Positions 34,776-45,539 of a DNA stretch of 64,000 nt are shown here, one piece after another. Every line of letters begins with the position of its first letter. Position 1 is the stretch's first letter. The DNA lies in the NCBI GenBank assembly GCA_039621445.1, contig CP154954.1:23076954-23140953 (forward strand), given 5' to 3'. The notes below the pieces were generated by a model, which did not search any database, had not been told where the DNA came from, and was given only the letters and a program-made list of their open reading frames with translations. The position numbers and the translations under genes were made by a program. The stretch comes from Euglena gracilis. Taxonomy: Eukaryota.

Positions 34776-37700
34776 TTAGGGAAGGCTGTGCACGACCTCT
34801 TATGAGCTCTGGTTTTTTACAGATTTGGGCTGAATCACAGACTTGCACGTCACGCACGCTCACACCCGACACACTGGACACACCTTGCGCTGATATCTCC
34901 TCGGATGGCAGATTTTTCGTCGTGGTTTCACTCGCACGAGATTTCTCATGCCACCTGGGATTTGTGTATGTCTTTGTGTGGGGCTGGGTATGCGAGCCAG
35001 GGGCGGCTCCCGCCCCCAACGGTCCACCCCGGCTGTCCTAGCCTCGGTTTCCTTTCCCCCTCCCTTTGCCTTTGCCTTTTCCACCATCCTGGCCCTTTCC
35101 CCTAGACCAGTCACTTCCATTGTTTCCTTTCCCCCAAGAATTGTTTCCTTTGCCCTTGCCTTTGCCTTTGCCTTTGCCACCACCAGACTGTGAATCAAAA
35201 TTCTGTTGATTTGAGTGCCACCACTGATTTCCCTGAAAATTGGCATTGGCATTGGAATTCCACCCAGAATTGTTTCTCCATCCCCCCCAATGGTCAAATT
35301 GGGACTGCTGGGGGGGGGTGGCAATGACTGCGATCGAACCACTGGCACTGGATTTTGCACGGGGGGGTTCACGTTTGCATTAGTCGCAGGAGCTGCCACC
35401 TGTGAATCTGATTTTCCAACGAACGGTTTTGCCACCGTTTCGCCCCCCTTTGCTGACCGTGTTGGGGAGGGTGTCCTGGACCCCTTGGCCCGATCTGCCT
35501 TAGCAGACCTGGCCCTCCGGTTTCCAAATACATTTGGCTCTTTGGAACTGTGTATCATGTCTTGAGAATCCCTGGAAGACAATTTTCGCTCAACAAAACA
35601 GAAAATTTCTGCAGCTCCCATTTTTGGCTGTTCCTCCACAATTTTGATCCTTTTATCCGTGCCTGTGATTGGTTTCCCACTGACCTCTTTCAGTTTGTCG
35701 CAAATCGTAGTGTTGGGCAAAAAGACTTCGAACTCCAGCGGTGAAACTTTCGAAACCTTGCAGGGCTTTTCCCCAGTGACACGTTCCACGGCACAAATAA
35801 TGTTTCCTCAGTTGCTGGCACTCCAGGGTACATTTTGACTTTTGGTCCACACGTTGATTTTCTTTCCTCCTCATCGGCGACCCAATGCAAAATGAACTTT
35901 GGCAATTTCCCCTTGACCAGTCTTTCTGCCTCATCGTCAGTGGCGCCTTTCACCTGTCTCCAGGCTATTCTGAAATTTATGACAAAGTCTCGCCATTCCC
36001 GTACGGTAATTTTACCTTGGTTGACGAGGTTCACGTCATACCATTTTTTCCTGGCACACTCGGACTGAGTTCCAGCATATTTCCCTTCAAGCCTGTCAAA
36101 TTCCTCCTCGAAAGATGTTTTTCCGTTCAATTCCGTTCGGAATTGTAATTCCTTTTTATTTGTGTCGTCCAGCGTCATTGCAAAAAGCTGAAGCTTGAGT
36201 GAATCAGACACATGTCCATTTTGCAAAATAACCACCGTCCTGAAATATTGATCCCAATCCCGCACAAAGGACGACCAGTCTTTTGGCTGTCCAGAAAAAT
36301 TTGGAGCTACCAGGTTTTTCATCAATTGATGCGTTGCCACTGCATTTGATCAAACCAGCCCTGAACCTGCAGGCACTGCCCCCACAGGTCGTGCACAAAC
36401 CTGCCTGACATGGTCGCATGTGACCCTGGTTCAGCGTATTCATAGCCTTCAATTTCAACCGGATTTTTCTCGATCACAGGTAAATCGTTGTAACCAAAAA
36501 GATCAAACCCTTCGATTTCTGGGTTTCCTGCTAATTTTTCTCTCGTTTCCTTTGTCAGATCCACTGTCGCAGATTTGGCAGATTCAGCTTGCTGATTTTT
36601 CATCACCAAAAACTCAGCCTGAAATAAATCCAGCTTTTGTTGCGATTTTTTCCGTTCCTGCTGTTCTTTTCGAAGTTCAACGCACTGCTGTTGCAGTAAA
36701 ACTCCAACCTGCTGTTTCATCGAATTTTCCAATTCAGCCCGAACTTTTTCAAACTGCCCCTCCCTTTCACTCAGCCTCAACCTTTCCTGCAATATTTCAC
36801 TGATAATGACTTCCAAATTCCTTCTCGCTTGCAGCCCCAACTCCCTTTGCACCTCCAACCGAATTGCTTCCTCGCTCTTGTTAATCAGGTCACAGACTTT
36901 TTCAATGGGAAAATCTTTCCGACCCAGAAAATTCTCCAACCTCCCCAAACGATCATTCAGAGCTTTGCTCTCTCGCTCCAGGGACTGTGAACATTCCTTC
37001 AATTTCTCAGCCTGTGCCTGAAAATTGGCACACTCAGTCTCCCCCAAACCTTTGCATTGCTGAAAAATGATCCCGAAGCGTCCCTCCAGACCAGAGCTTA
37101 GCTCACCGACTGCAGGTTCGACCTGATTAACAGAAATTTCCTGCTGTTTTCCCTTCTCACCCACTTGTTGCACCACCACGTGCATCTCCCCCACAGCTTT
37201 TTCCAAAAACGACAGCTTCTGAGAAAAATCCCTCTCATTTTTTCTCAACCCCTCAACCTGGGCCTCAAAAAACGTGTTTACTCCATCCTCCACTTTCGTA
37301 ACTTTTTCAGCAAACTGCCGTTCCATTTCCACACTCAACAAATGCCTTTGGCATTGGGCCAGATTTTGCACCATTTCACCATTTTGCTGAAACTGCAAAA
37401 GCAAGTCGTTCACAGTTGCACTCAGTTCAGCCTGAATGTCACGTTTCACCATTGCAATGTGATCAGCCATTCGCTGATCATGCATGACCAATGCCTCATT
37501 GACCAGATTCAATGTCTGCCCCTGTGACATGGCCAATGCCCGATTTAGCCCGTTTTCTGCCTCCCCCACCAGATTTTCAGCCGTTTTTTCACGATTTTTT
37601 CCTTCCTGCACCAAAAGCCTGCCACGTAAACATTCAATTTTGCAACTGATTTCTTCACCCCAAATGTTCCATTCATCATCAGATTGGCCATAGCCCGATT

Positions 37701-37854
37701 CCATTTCCACATCATGCTGATTTTCTGGGTTCTCGGACCCAGTTTCTGCAGAAAAACTGGTGTTTGGCTGTAAATTCTGTGGCTGGGTCTGTGGAAAATA
37801 TGGCTGAATTGGCTAAAAGTCTGGGCTGGACCTGTGTTTGAAGTCACTGGTAAC

Positions 37855-38170
37855 GCTGGCTGAAAAACCTGCCCATGCATCTGGGCTGGTCCCATGATTG
37901 CTGGAACAGATGACCCAGCCGAAAACTGCTGGGCTGGCTGAAAAACCTGTGAAGCCATCTGGGCTGGCCCCATGATTGCTGGAACAGATGACCCAGCCGA
38001 AAACTGCTGGGCTGGCTGAAAAACCTGTGAAGCCATCTGGGCTGGCCCCATGATTGCTGGAACAGATGACCCAGCCGAAAACCGCTGGGCTGGGTGAAAA
38101 ACCTGTCCAGGCATCTGGGCTGGGACAGACATGTCAGCCGAAAACGGCTGGGCTGGCTGAAAAACCTGCA
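37855..38170 (-). repeat. 78-bp coding tandem repeat (~4 copies) in B1 gag
   Basis: catgattgctggaacagatgacccagccg at 37893, 37971, 38049; encodes QVFQPAQQFSAGSSVPAIMGPAQMAS. Confidence 0.9.
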
Positions 38171-38922
38171 GCTGGGCTGCAGCTGGCTGTGATGACTGCG
38201 ATTCTGAATTTTGTGTTAACAGTAATGGTTCTGGCTGGGCTGTTAAACACAAAACTTTTTGCTCTGGCCCTGGGCTGCTGTCTCGTGACGACACAGAAAT
38301 TCGCTGAAAACCTGAAAAATTTACTGGCCACATGCCAGCAGCTTTCATCCTTTGCATAACCATTTCATGAATTATGGCGTTTTCAGCCTGTTTTTCTTCG
38401 TCTGTTTCGCTTTCGTAAGCTGGGGGTTCTGGTTCCTCATCACTGCTGTGCAGTGGAACCAGCTGAAAATTTTCTGGCCCTGCCACACGTGATGGGCCTT
38501 ATGCATGTAATTGACCCCCTCCCAGAATAAGAATCAGATTCTGACTCCTGTGTCGTTTCTGAAAATTCTGAAGATGATAACAATTCTGCAGGCTGAAAAT
38601 TGTTTTCTGCCACAGATTCCGTCACGATTTGCAATGATACCACAGGTTCTGAAAACGTGGCTGCAGAAAACTCAGTTTCGTTTTCGTTCTGAAAATAGAT
38701 TTCTGCCACAGATCTCAGAAAATTTTCACCACAATCTGAAACTCGGACAGATTGACCTGAAAACGAGCAGAGATTTCTGCAGATTCTTCTGAGTATTCAC
38801 AGACAACTGGGTTGGTGAAACTGCCCTCGTGTACCATTCTGCTGACACAGCCAACAGAACAATCCTCTGTGACCGTGTTGACCGTCTCTGAAAAACTTTC
38901 ACTGACAGAGTCAGTGAAACTA

Positions 38923-38935
38923 CCTCTGCTTACCA
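38923..38935 (-). promoter_or_regulatory. B1 primer-binding site, initiator tRNA-Met-like with one extra base
   Basis: TGGTAAGCAGAGG directly after the LTR terminal CA; compare TGGTAGCAGAGG in the TRIM. Confidence 0.8.
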
Positions 38936-39506
38936 TGTTCACCGGTTCCGCCACCCCCGGGCTGCCGGTCGCCCCCGCGACCGCCGAGTCCCTTTGGGCC
39001 GAGGGCCCCGGGGGGTCCTCGCCGGTGGGTGCGCTTTCTCCGGGGGTTGGTGGGCTCAAGTCAACCCACTTCTTTTCACCCAGGTGGTTTCCCCAACCCC
39101 AGCCGGTGCGTAGGATCGTTTTTTGAACGGTTTCTGAAAATTTGGTGAAAACTGAAAAATCTGCCATTTTGCTTGCAAATCTCACTTCTCTCTCTCTCTC
39201 ACCCACTCACTCTCTTGCACACCTTGAAGGCAAAAACCAACCCACTGAAACTTGAAACTCTTGAAGTCATAACTGAAAGAAACTTGAAATCTGAAACTCC
39301 GAGACTTGAGTGAGAACATGTATACGTTGGTTGTCACCACCCGCCGTTGGACGCAGCTCATACTACTTGCCGTGGCTCGTCCGCTAGCGAGGGGCCACGC
39401 CCGTGGTAATCCGACCGATCAACGTTCGTCCACGTGCGCAGCCTCACGCGCCGATCGATCCCCGCGGTATGCCCTCTGCCCGTACGGGATCGATCAGGAC
39501 TCACAC

Positions 39507-39579
39507 GGCAGGACCTGGGTCTCGAACCCACGACCTCCCGCGTGTGAGCCCAGCACCTTACCGAATAAGCTGCTCGAGC
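39507..39579 (-). promoter_or_regulatory. tRNA-derived Pol III promoter-like segment in TRIM 3' LTR
   Basis: CAGCTTATTCGG (A-box-like)...ctCACac...GGTTCGAGACC (B box) at tRNA spacing. Confidence 0.6.
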
Positions 39580-40198
39580 GATACTCGGCTTGGTACTACG
39601 CGCCGGCTACCAACCTCCGTAGGATCTCCCGTCTGCCGCACACACTCCCCTCCCAAGAGCCTTACTACACTAGCCCACTGCGTCACTATGGCCGTGGCCC
39701 CTGCAGCTCGGGTTATTCCTCACACGGCCCTAGTTGGCTGAGTGCCTCTCACGAGTACTGCGTCACCAGGCTGCCGACCCCTGCAGCTCGGGGTTGCTAT
39801 TGCCGGCAGTTTACGTGTTGTCGACTTCCACGGGCTCTGCCGCCTTGGAGCGTCCCCCTTAGCATCGGCCTGAGACTTTGGAACGGTGTAGGAGTTTCAG
39901 TCGCCCTAGACTCGGCGCGTCCGCCTCCGCCTTCCGGGCGCCGTGGGGTCAGGCTCTGATTTCCCGGTTCGTGTGGCATTAGACGGGTTCCTCTGCTACC
40001 ATGTATACGTTGGTTGTCACCACCCGCCGTTGGACGGCCCCGGGGCAGCTCATACTACTTGCCGTGGCTCGTCCGCTAGCGAGGGGCCACGCCCGTGGTA
40101 ATCCGACCGATCAACGTTCGTCCACGTGCGCAGCCTCACGCGCCGATCGATCCCCGCGGTATGCCCTCTGCCCGTACGGGATCGATCAGGACTCACAC

Positions 40199-40271
40199 GG
40201 CAGGACCTGGGTCTCGAACCCACGACCTCCCGCGTGTGAGCCCAGCACCTTACCGAATAAGCTACTCGAGC
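40199..40271 (-). promoter_or_regulatory. tRNA-derived Pol III promoter-like segment in TRIM 5' LTR
   Basis: TAGCTTATTCGG (A box)...ctCACac...GGTTCGAGACC (matches GGTTCGANNCC); T-arm tggg/ccca pairs, acceptor and anticodon stems are broken. Confidence 0.65.
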
Positions 40272-40919
40272 GATACTCGGCTTGGTACTACGCGCCGGCT
40301 ACCAACCTCCGTAGGATCTCCCGTCTGCCGCACACAGAACACTCTTGAAACCGAAAACTGTGAAATGTGAATGTATGGAATGTGCAAACCTTGGGGCAAG
40401 GAGTGGTAGGTGATGGAGGCGAAGGCGGTGGTATAGAGGAGTGGGCGGTGGTGTTAAAGAATCCTTCAAGGCAATGACTTCAATAGATCAATGACCAACA
40501 ATGAAACTCAACTTGCCACTTCAATTGAAAGTCCAATTGACAAATTCAATACAATAGTATTCCTTCTTGTCAAATATTGGGGAAAACCCCTCAAGTTCTG
40601 TAAAAAAAAAAACAAATTCGAAGGCTCTTAGAAATTTGACCCGCTTCCAATTTAAGTCGCGGGTTTCTCTAACTGATTGGCTGTTACCCGCGACTTTGTA
40701 ATTTGCGCCTTCTGGCAATTTTTGGCTGCCGGCGCAAGCCGGCGGCCGACAGTGGTCAACGTTCAGAATGGTCCAAGAAACAAACACGAAAATGATTTCT
40801 TTCAATGAATGTTAACGTGACACCACAAAAGTCGTCAAAAAAGGGGTGTAATTTGGAAATCCTACCGCTGAAAAATGACATACGTCAGTTGTTGGAACCA
40901 TTCCACTTCGGGATTTATA

Positions 40920-42300
40920 GGAATGAGTATGAGAGGGACTATAGTCGTGATCCGGTGTATGACACCATTGTCAGAAGACTTCGTAATGGCGAAGTGCTGG
41001 ACAATTACACACTTTCACCTTTACGGATGATTTTCGAAATGAATCGGGTTCCAAATATTGTTTCCCCCAGGACCTGGTTGTCGTTGGTGTGCCGCAGGTA
41101 CTGCACAACCTTGAGCGAAAAAGGAGCTCTACTTACGCTGTTTGCGGATAGTGCATAGGTGTCAAATTTGACAAGCGGTAAAACCTCGCAGAGGTACCCC
41201 CCCTGGTACGATGGACTTTTTCCCCGTACCCCCTGACATTTTTACATCCCTCTGCATGGATATCATGGAATTAGAACCGTTCAAAGGAACCGACGACAAA
41301 ATTTACGATTACTTTTTTGTTGTCGTCTGCAGGATGAGTGGGTACATTGTGGCCATTCCATGCCAGAAGCCAGGGTTGACTGCCCAAAGTTTGGCAGTTA
41401 CATTTTTAGAAAAATACATCTGCTTATTGGGTATACCGAATGAAATCGTGAGTGTTCAAGACCATTTGATTTCCTGAAGGGTTTTCCAAACTTTGTGCGG
41501 TTTCTTCGGAATTGAGCAACATTTTTCCATTATATACCGGCCCAAAGGCAATGATAGAGCAGAGGTAGCCGTGAAATCCGTCGTGAATATGCTTCCCCTT
41601 TCACTGGCTGACTCGCGCAGCAACTGGATATCAGTTCTACCATGGTCTTTGTTTTATATCAATACCCTACCAGGGTTGGTTTTGCCTCAATCCCCCGAAA
41701 AATTAGCTTTCGGACGGGACCCTCCGGCCATAGGGGATGTCCCTTCGAAGAGACCCGCCAGAACGAGTGTCAGTTTCGAGGCCTGGTTTGCGGAAGTAGA
41801 AAATCTACGTTCTGCAGTCCAGAAGCGAGTCACTGATGTTCATTCAACTAAAAGGAAATCGTTTTGCAGAATTTCAAAGTCACCTATGTATAGTCCCGGT
41901 GACCGCGTGTGGGTGCGGAATAGCCGTACTCGCATGCAATCTTCCAAGCTGGACCCCGGTTGGCTCGGCCCCTGTGAAGTCCTAGAAGGACTAGGTACCA
42001 GCGTGCGATGCAAGGTTGCATTACCGAATGGTGTTGAGGACGTTCATATGGACGAATTCAAGCCATACCTGTCACCGCCGGATGAGAAACCCATCCCGTG
42101 CCTGAACTTCAAGCCCCGTTCCAGATTACCTTAGACGGACGACTTTGTGTTCGGTAAAATTATCGGTCACAAAATCGACAAAGGTATGCACCTTTGGAAG
42201 GTCCATGTATCCGAGTCCGCTGGAACCTGTATCCGAGGAGGACACTTGGGAGCCAGCAACCAGTTTTGTTTGGTTTGCCCAGCAAGATGCTACCATGACA
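40920..42300 (+). pseudogene. Family A copy 3 integrase + chromodomain
   Basis: RRLRNGEVLDNYTLSP, LCMDIMEL, IVSVQDHL, GNDRAEVAVK, WLGPCEV, FVFGKIIGHKIDKGMHLWKV. Confidence 0.9.
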
Positions 42301-42439
42301 AGTTCTTGAGAACGCATTGGAAACCCATGTTGTTTTCTTTTCTTTTTTCCATTTGATTCTTGTCATTCTTTCTTTCCGCAGAAGTCTTTTTACCAGACAA
42401 TACTCAAGCGGTTACCCTTACCAACTTACAACCAACAAC

Positions 42440-45400
42440 CCAACCATCCCACCGTACCGACCCCGGGCGGTATTACGCTGCCCGGTGTAAGGGAGCCAGG
42501 CGAAGGTCCGCCTTACCACCCCGCCACTCACCGTCAACCTGACCAATATGCGTACCGATACGGTACGCAGCCACCTGCACGGACTGCGGCTCAGGGAAAC
42601 CCCGAAGCCAGCAGCAGTACCAGGTTGACACAGATGCCCGCGGAAGCGTGGCCATCTCAGCCATCAGGCCCTCATAGCCTCCCACAGTATGCGGGTGTGG
42701 TGATCCACTCCAAGGCGGAGACGATGAACCGGGTTAGGCGTATGAGCGCAAACCCGGCACCAGACCACCTCACCCAGGTATTGTGCGATGACCACTGCCG
42801 TCAGACACTGACAATCGCGAATACCCCTCCAGCCCTGTGGTGTATGTGCGCCCAGGCGATGATGACCGGTTCGGCGTATTACACCGACTCGGACACATCA
42901 GGATTCGCGGCGGACATTACCATGCGTGACATGGGCGTGGAAGTCCCTCCACAGGTAGCACCACAGGTACCGTCAGTTGGCACTTACACCGTGCATATCC
43001 GTTCTCTCTCCCCAGAGTACCCGAGGAAGAGACAGGGGAAGCACCTGTCCGGAGTGACCGACCACGCGTGAAATAAAGTGTTTTTCGATCCCCTGAGCGC
43101 ATGCCCCGGCGGGATTATCCTGCGCAGGAGCATGTGGCTCAGTACACCGTCTCTGGGGATTATCCCCAGGAGGCACCAGTGCCACGAGATCAGTACGTGT
43201 ATCCACCTCAACCCCACCCTGCCATACATGACCCTATCGCCAAGACGCCACGCGGAAGGAAACCCTTCCGCGACGTCTGACAGTACCCACAGCGCTCAAA
43301 GGAAAGGGCAAGGGCAATGGAAAAGGAAAAGGCCAGGAGAAAGGTGGGAAAGCCCCACCTGGCAAAGGCGGAAAGGCCGCTTGGCCAGCTTCAGGCAAAG
43401 GCGGAAAATCTGCCGGACCCCCAGCAGGAAAAGGCGGGAAAGCTGCCAAAACTTCGAAAACGAAGGATTACGACGTTTCCCTGGTGTTCAACTACCTTCA
43501 GGAGATCTGGTCGAAAATCGACGAGGATCTCCAGAAGTATACACGCGCAAGGAATGTGATCCACCGACCACCGGATGCGGTGCTCGAAGTGGTGCAGAAT
43601 CGTATGTACGATCACTGAAACAGATCCTTCTACAGTTCCGAACTTCATGCGTTTGAGGGATACCCTCATTCGGATGAAGTCGTCCTGGACCGGATGTCGG
43701 GTTTCTGGGAGCTGTGGTTCTGGTTGGGATACCCCTGCCATAACTTCGGCATATTTAACGACCGAAACGGTCAGACGTATATTGACTGTTTAGGAATATG
43801 TCCGGACGACGCAACGTTCGTAGCACAGTTGAAGGAAATCTTCAACCACATGTATTCCGTCGGAGCACTGGGAATCCAGTGGAAATATTACCCCCTGCCG
43901 GATAAACTCCAGGCGCAGGCCGCGCTATTTGTTCACATGCAATCTGCAAATTTACTTGGACAGCATGTATGGCACGCTGTTCAAGGTGCTGGACGTCGAC
44001 CTCGCGTACCTCCGACGGTACAAACTGGAATGCCAGTTTTGCAAAGAAGTACACATCGTTGACTTCTGGGGTTTCGGAGAACGCGGATAACCGCCTCCGA
44101 CTGCCGAAGAATGCCGGCAGCCAGCCGACCAGGAGGTTTCTCCTGCAACAGTGCCGGAATCCTCAGATCGGAGCGCAAGACCGAAAGGTGCTGAAACAGC
44201 ACCGGCAGAAAACATTTTCGCTGCAACGCTACTGGCACAGGGCGTTGATCACCTACGTCCTGGAGGTTTACATTTTTTTCCTGGAATTCATGAACACTGA
44301 TATGGATATCAATAGGAAGTGTCTACCCCGGGGATACACCGAGGTGGACGGCAGACACAATGATCCAGACCGACGCAGGATGAACCTGCGGCCGGACTAG
44401 CAGGAGGCCGAAATTGGTCTCCAGGAGCACATGGACACCAAGTTCGGGAATATCCTGGTCGGGGAAGACTTCGAAGCCTTTTATGCGGCAAACGTGGAAA
44501 AACAACCACGCTATGTTTTGCCGCTGCCCGCCTTCCAAGAATACACATGAGAATACGGCATGAGCTGCAACCGTCGACTGCAGTGGGAAGACCTCTGCAT
44601 GATCAGCGAGGACGAGCCAGAACCTCAACCCGGAAGCTGGGTAAGAGCGTCATGGCCGCCCCCATACCCCAACTCTGACAGGAGTGAAAGTATAACCTTT
44701 TATTGCCTGTTATATGCACGAGTGCGCTACAGGAGCGGAAATGGCCTGCGTTCTGCAGCACATCTGCACAGAGAGGAGTCCCCTCCGGAAGCGGAGGAGG
44801 AGGAGGAAGCGGTCCCAATGGCCGCTGATGAACCTCAGTCAGCGGAACCTCCGGCACGGGAAACCCGTAGCCCATCTGTCGTGATGCTGGAAACTGTGGC
44901 AGAAAGTGCCCAGCGCCCAGGATCGCCGGCAGGTGAAATGACACCTGTACCAAAGTCACCAACCTCACTGAGTACGACAAGCGTACCGACCCCTCTGCGG
45001 GGAAACCTGCGGGAAACGGTACCCCACACGCCTGAGGTATTCCTCCTCAAGCTCACTGTTTCCAGGGAAATCCCGTCGACAGAGGAGCCAGCGGAGGAGC
45101 CCACTTCAGATGAAGGACCTGAGCGGCGCACCTCGCTGGGCGGACGTGTATTCGGTGTTTTGCGGTCACTGATCGCAGTTGTCACTCCACGTGGCACTGC
45201 GGCCAGTTCTTCCACAGCTGCGGCGGAAACTGCCCAGCCGGCGGAAGAAACACCTGATCCTGCGGCCATGGTGGGAATGAAACTCCCCCAACGGCAGCGC
45301 CACCGCCGGTGTCGGAAGCGACACGGACGGAAGGCGAACAGACAGCATTGGCAGTGGAGACGAAACCAACCGTGCCAGTGCAGGATGAACCTGTATCTGC

Positions 45401-45530
45401 GCCGGTAGCGCCACCCGAGGCAGGGGATGAACACGTACCTCAGGGTACAGCCAGAATCACTGCACCGAAGCGTCAAGCCACACGTACACCGGCACCTGAA
45501 AAACAGGCTGATCGGACGTACAGTTTCCTG
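42440..45530 (+). pseudogene. Family A copy 3 accessory 3' ORF (diverged homolog of 1245-5655)
   Basis: LWCMCAQAMMTG; MSGFWELWFWLGYPCHNFG...YIDC; SVGALGIQWKYYPLP; ECQFCKEVHIVDFWGFG; LQRYWHRAL...LEVY; LGGRVFGVLRSL..VVTPRG. Same order as in copy 1. Confidence 0.75.
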
Positions 45531-45539
45531 AACGATGTT

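Larger units (their letters stand above)
35040..38936 (-). pseudogene. B1 gag-like ORF (~1300 aa): acidic/QPA repeats, long coiled coil, capsid-like core, RRM-like segment, GKG-rich tail
   Basis: Consecutive frameshifted ORFs 38715-39206, 38440-38709, 37545-38486, 36322-37710, 35690-36340, 34860-35789. PNFSGQPKDWSSF...WRDF core is collinear with B2 and with 55449-55847. Confidence 0.8.
39319..40336 (-). mobile_element. TRIM (non-autonomous mini LTR element, 1018 bp)
   Basis: LTRs 39319-39644 and 40002-40336 (TG...CA, near identical); 357-bp non-coding interior; PBS TGGTAGCAGAGG (39990-40001); PPT-like GGGAGGGGAG (39645-39654); 5-bp TSD GAACA (39314-39318 / 40337-40341). Confidence 0.95.
26299..40751 (-). 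mobile_element. Full-length Ty3/gypsy chromodomain LTR retrotransposon B1 (14.45 kb including nested TRIM) carrying two DNA methyltransferase domains
   Basis: Paired TG...CA LTRs, 4-bp TSD GTGG (26295-26298 / 40752-40755), PBS, PPT, and domain order gag-C5 MTase-Dam MTase-PR-RT-RH-IN-chromo-extra ORF. Confidence 0.95.
38936..40751 (-). repeat. B1 5' LTR, split by a TRIM insertion
   Basis: Matches 26299-27131 on both sides of the 39319-40336 insert; lacks ~40 bp present at ~26392-26433. Confidence 0.95.

Noticed and set aside
29590-38936. Strong CpG depletion specific to MTase-bearing elements
   Set aside because: Hand counts in 300-bp RT samples (about 9 CpG in B1 vs about 13 in family A) are too close to claim; a proper observed/expected calculation is needed.
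39507-39579. Functional tRNA-Val(CAC) gene
   Set aside because: Acceptor and anticodon stems do not pair; only the A/B boxes and T-arm remain, so it is treated as a tRNA-derived promoter.
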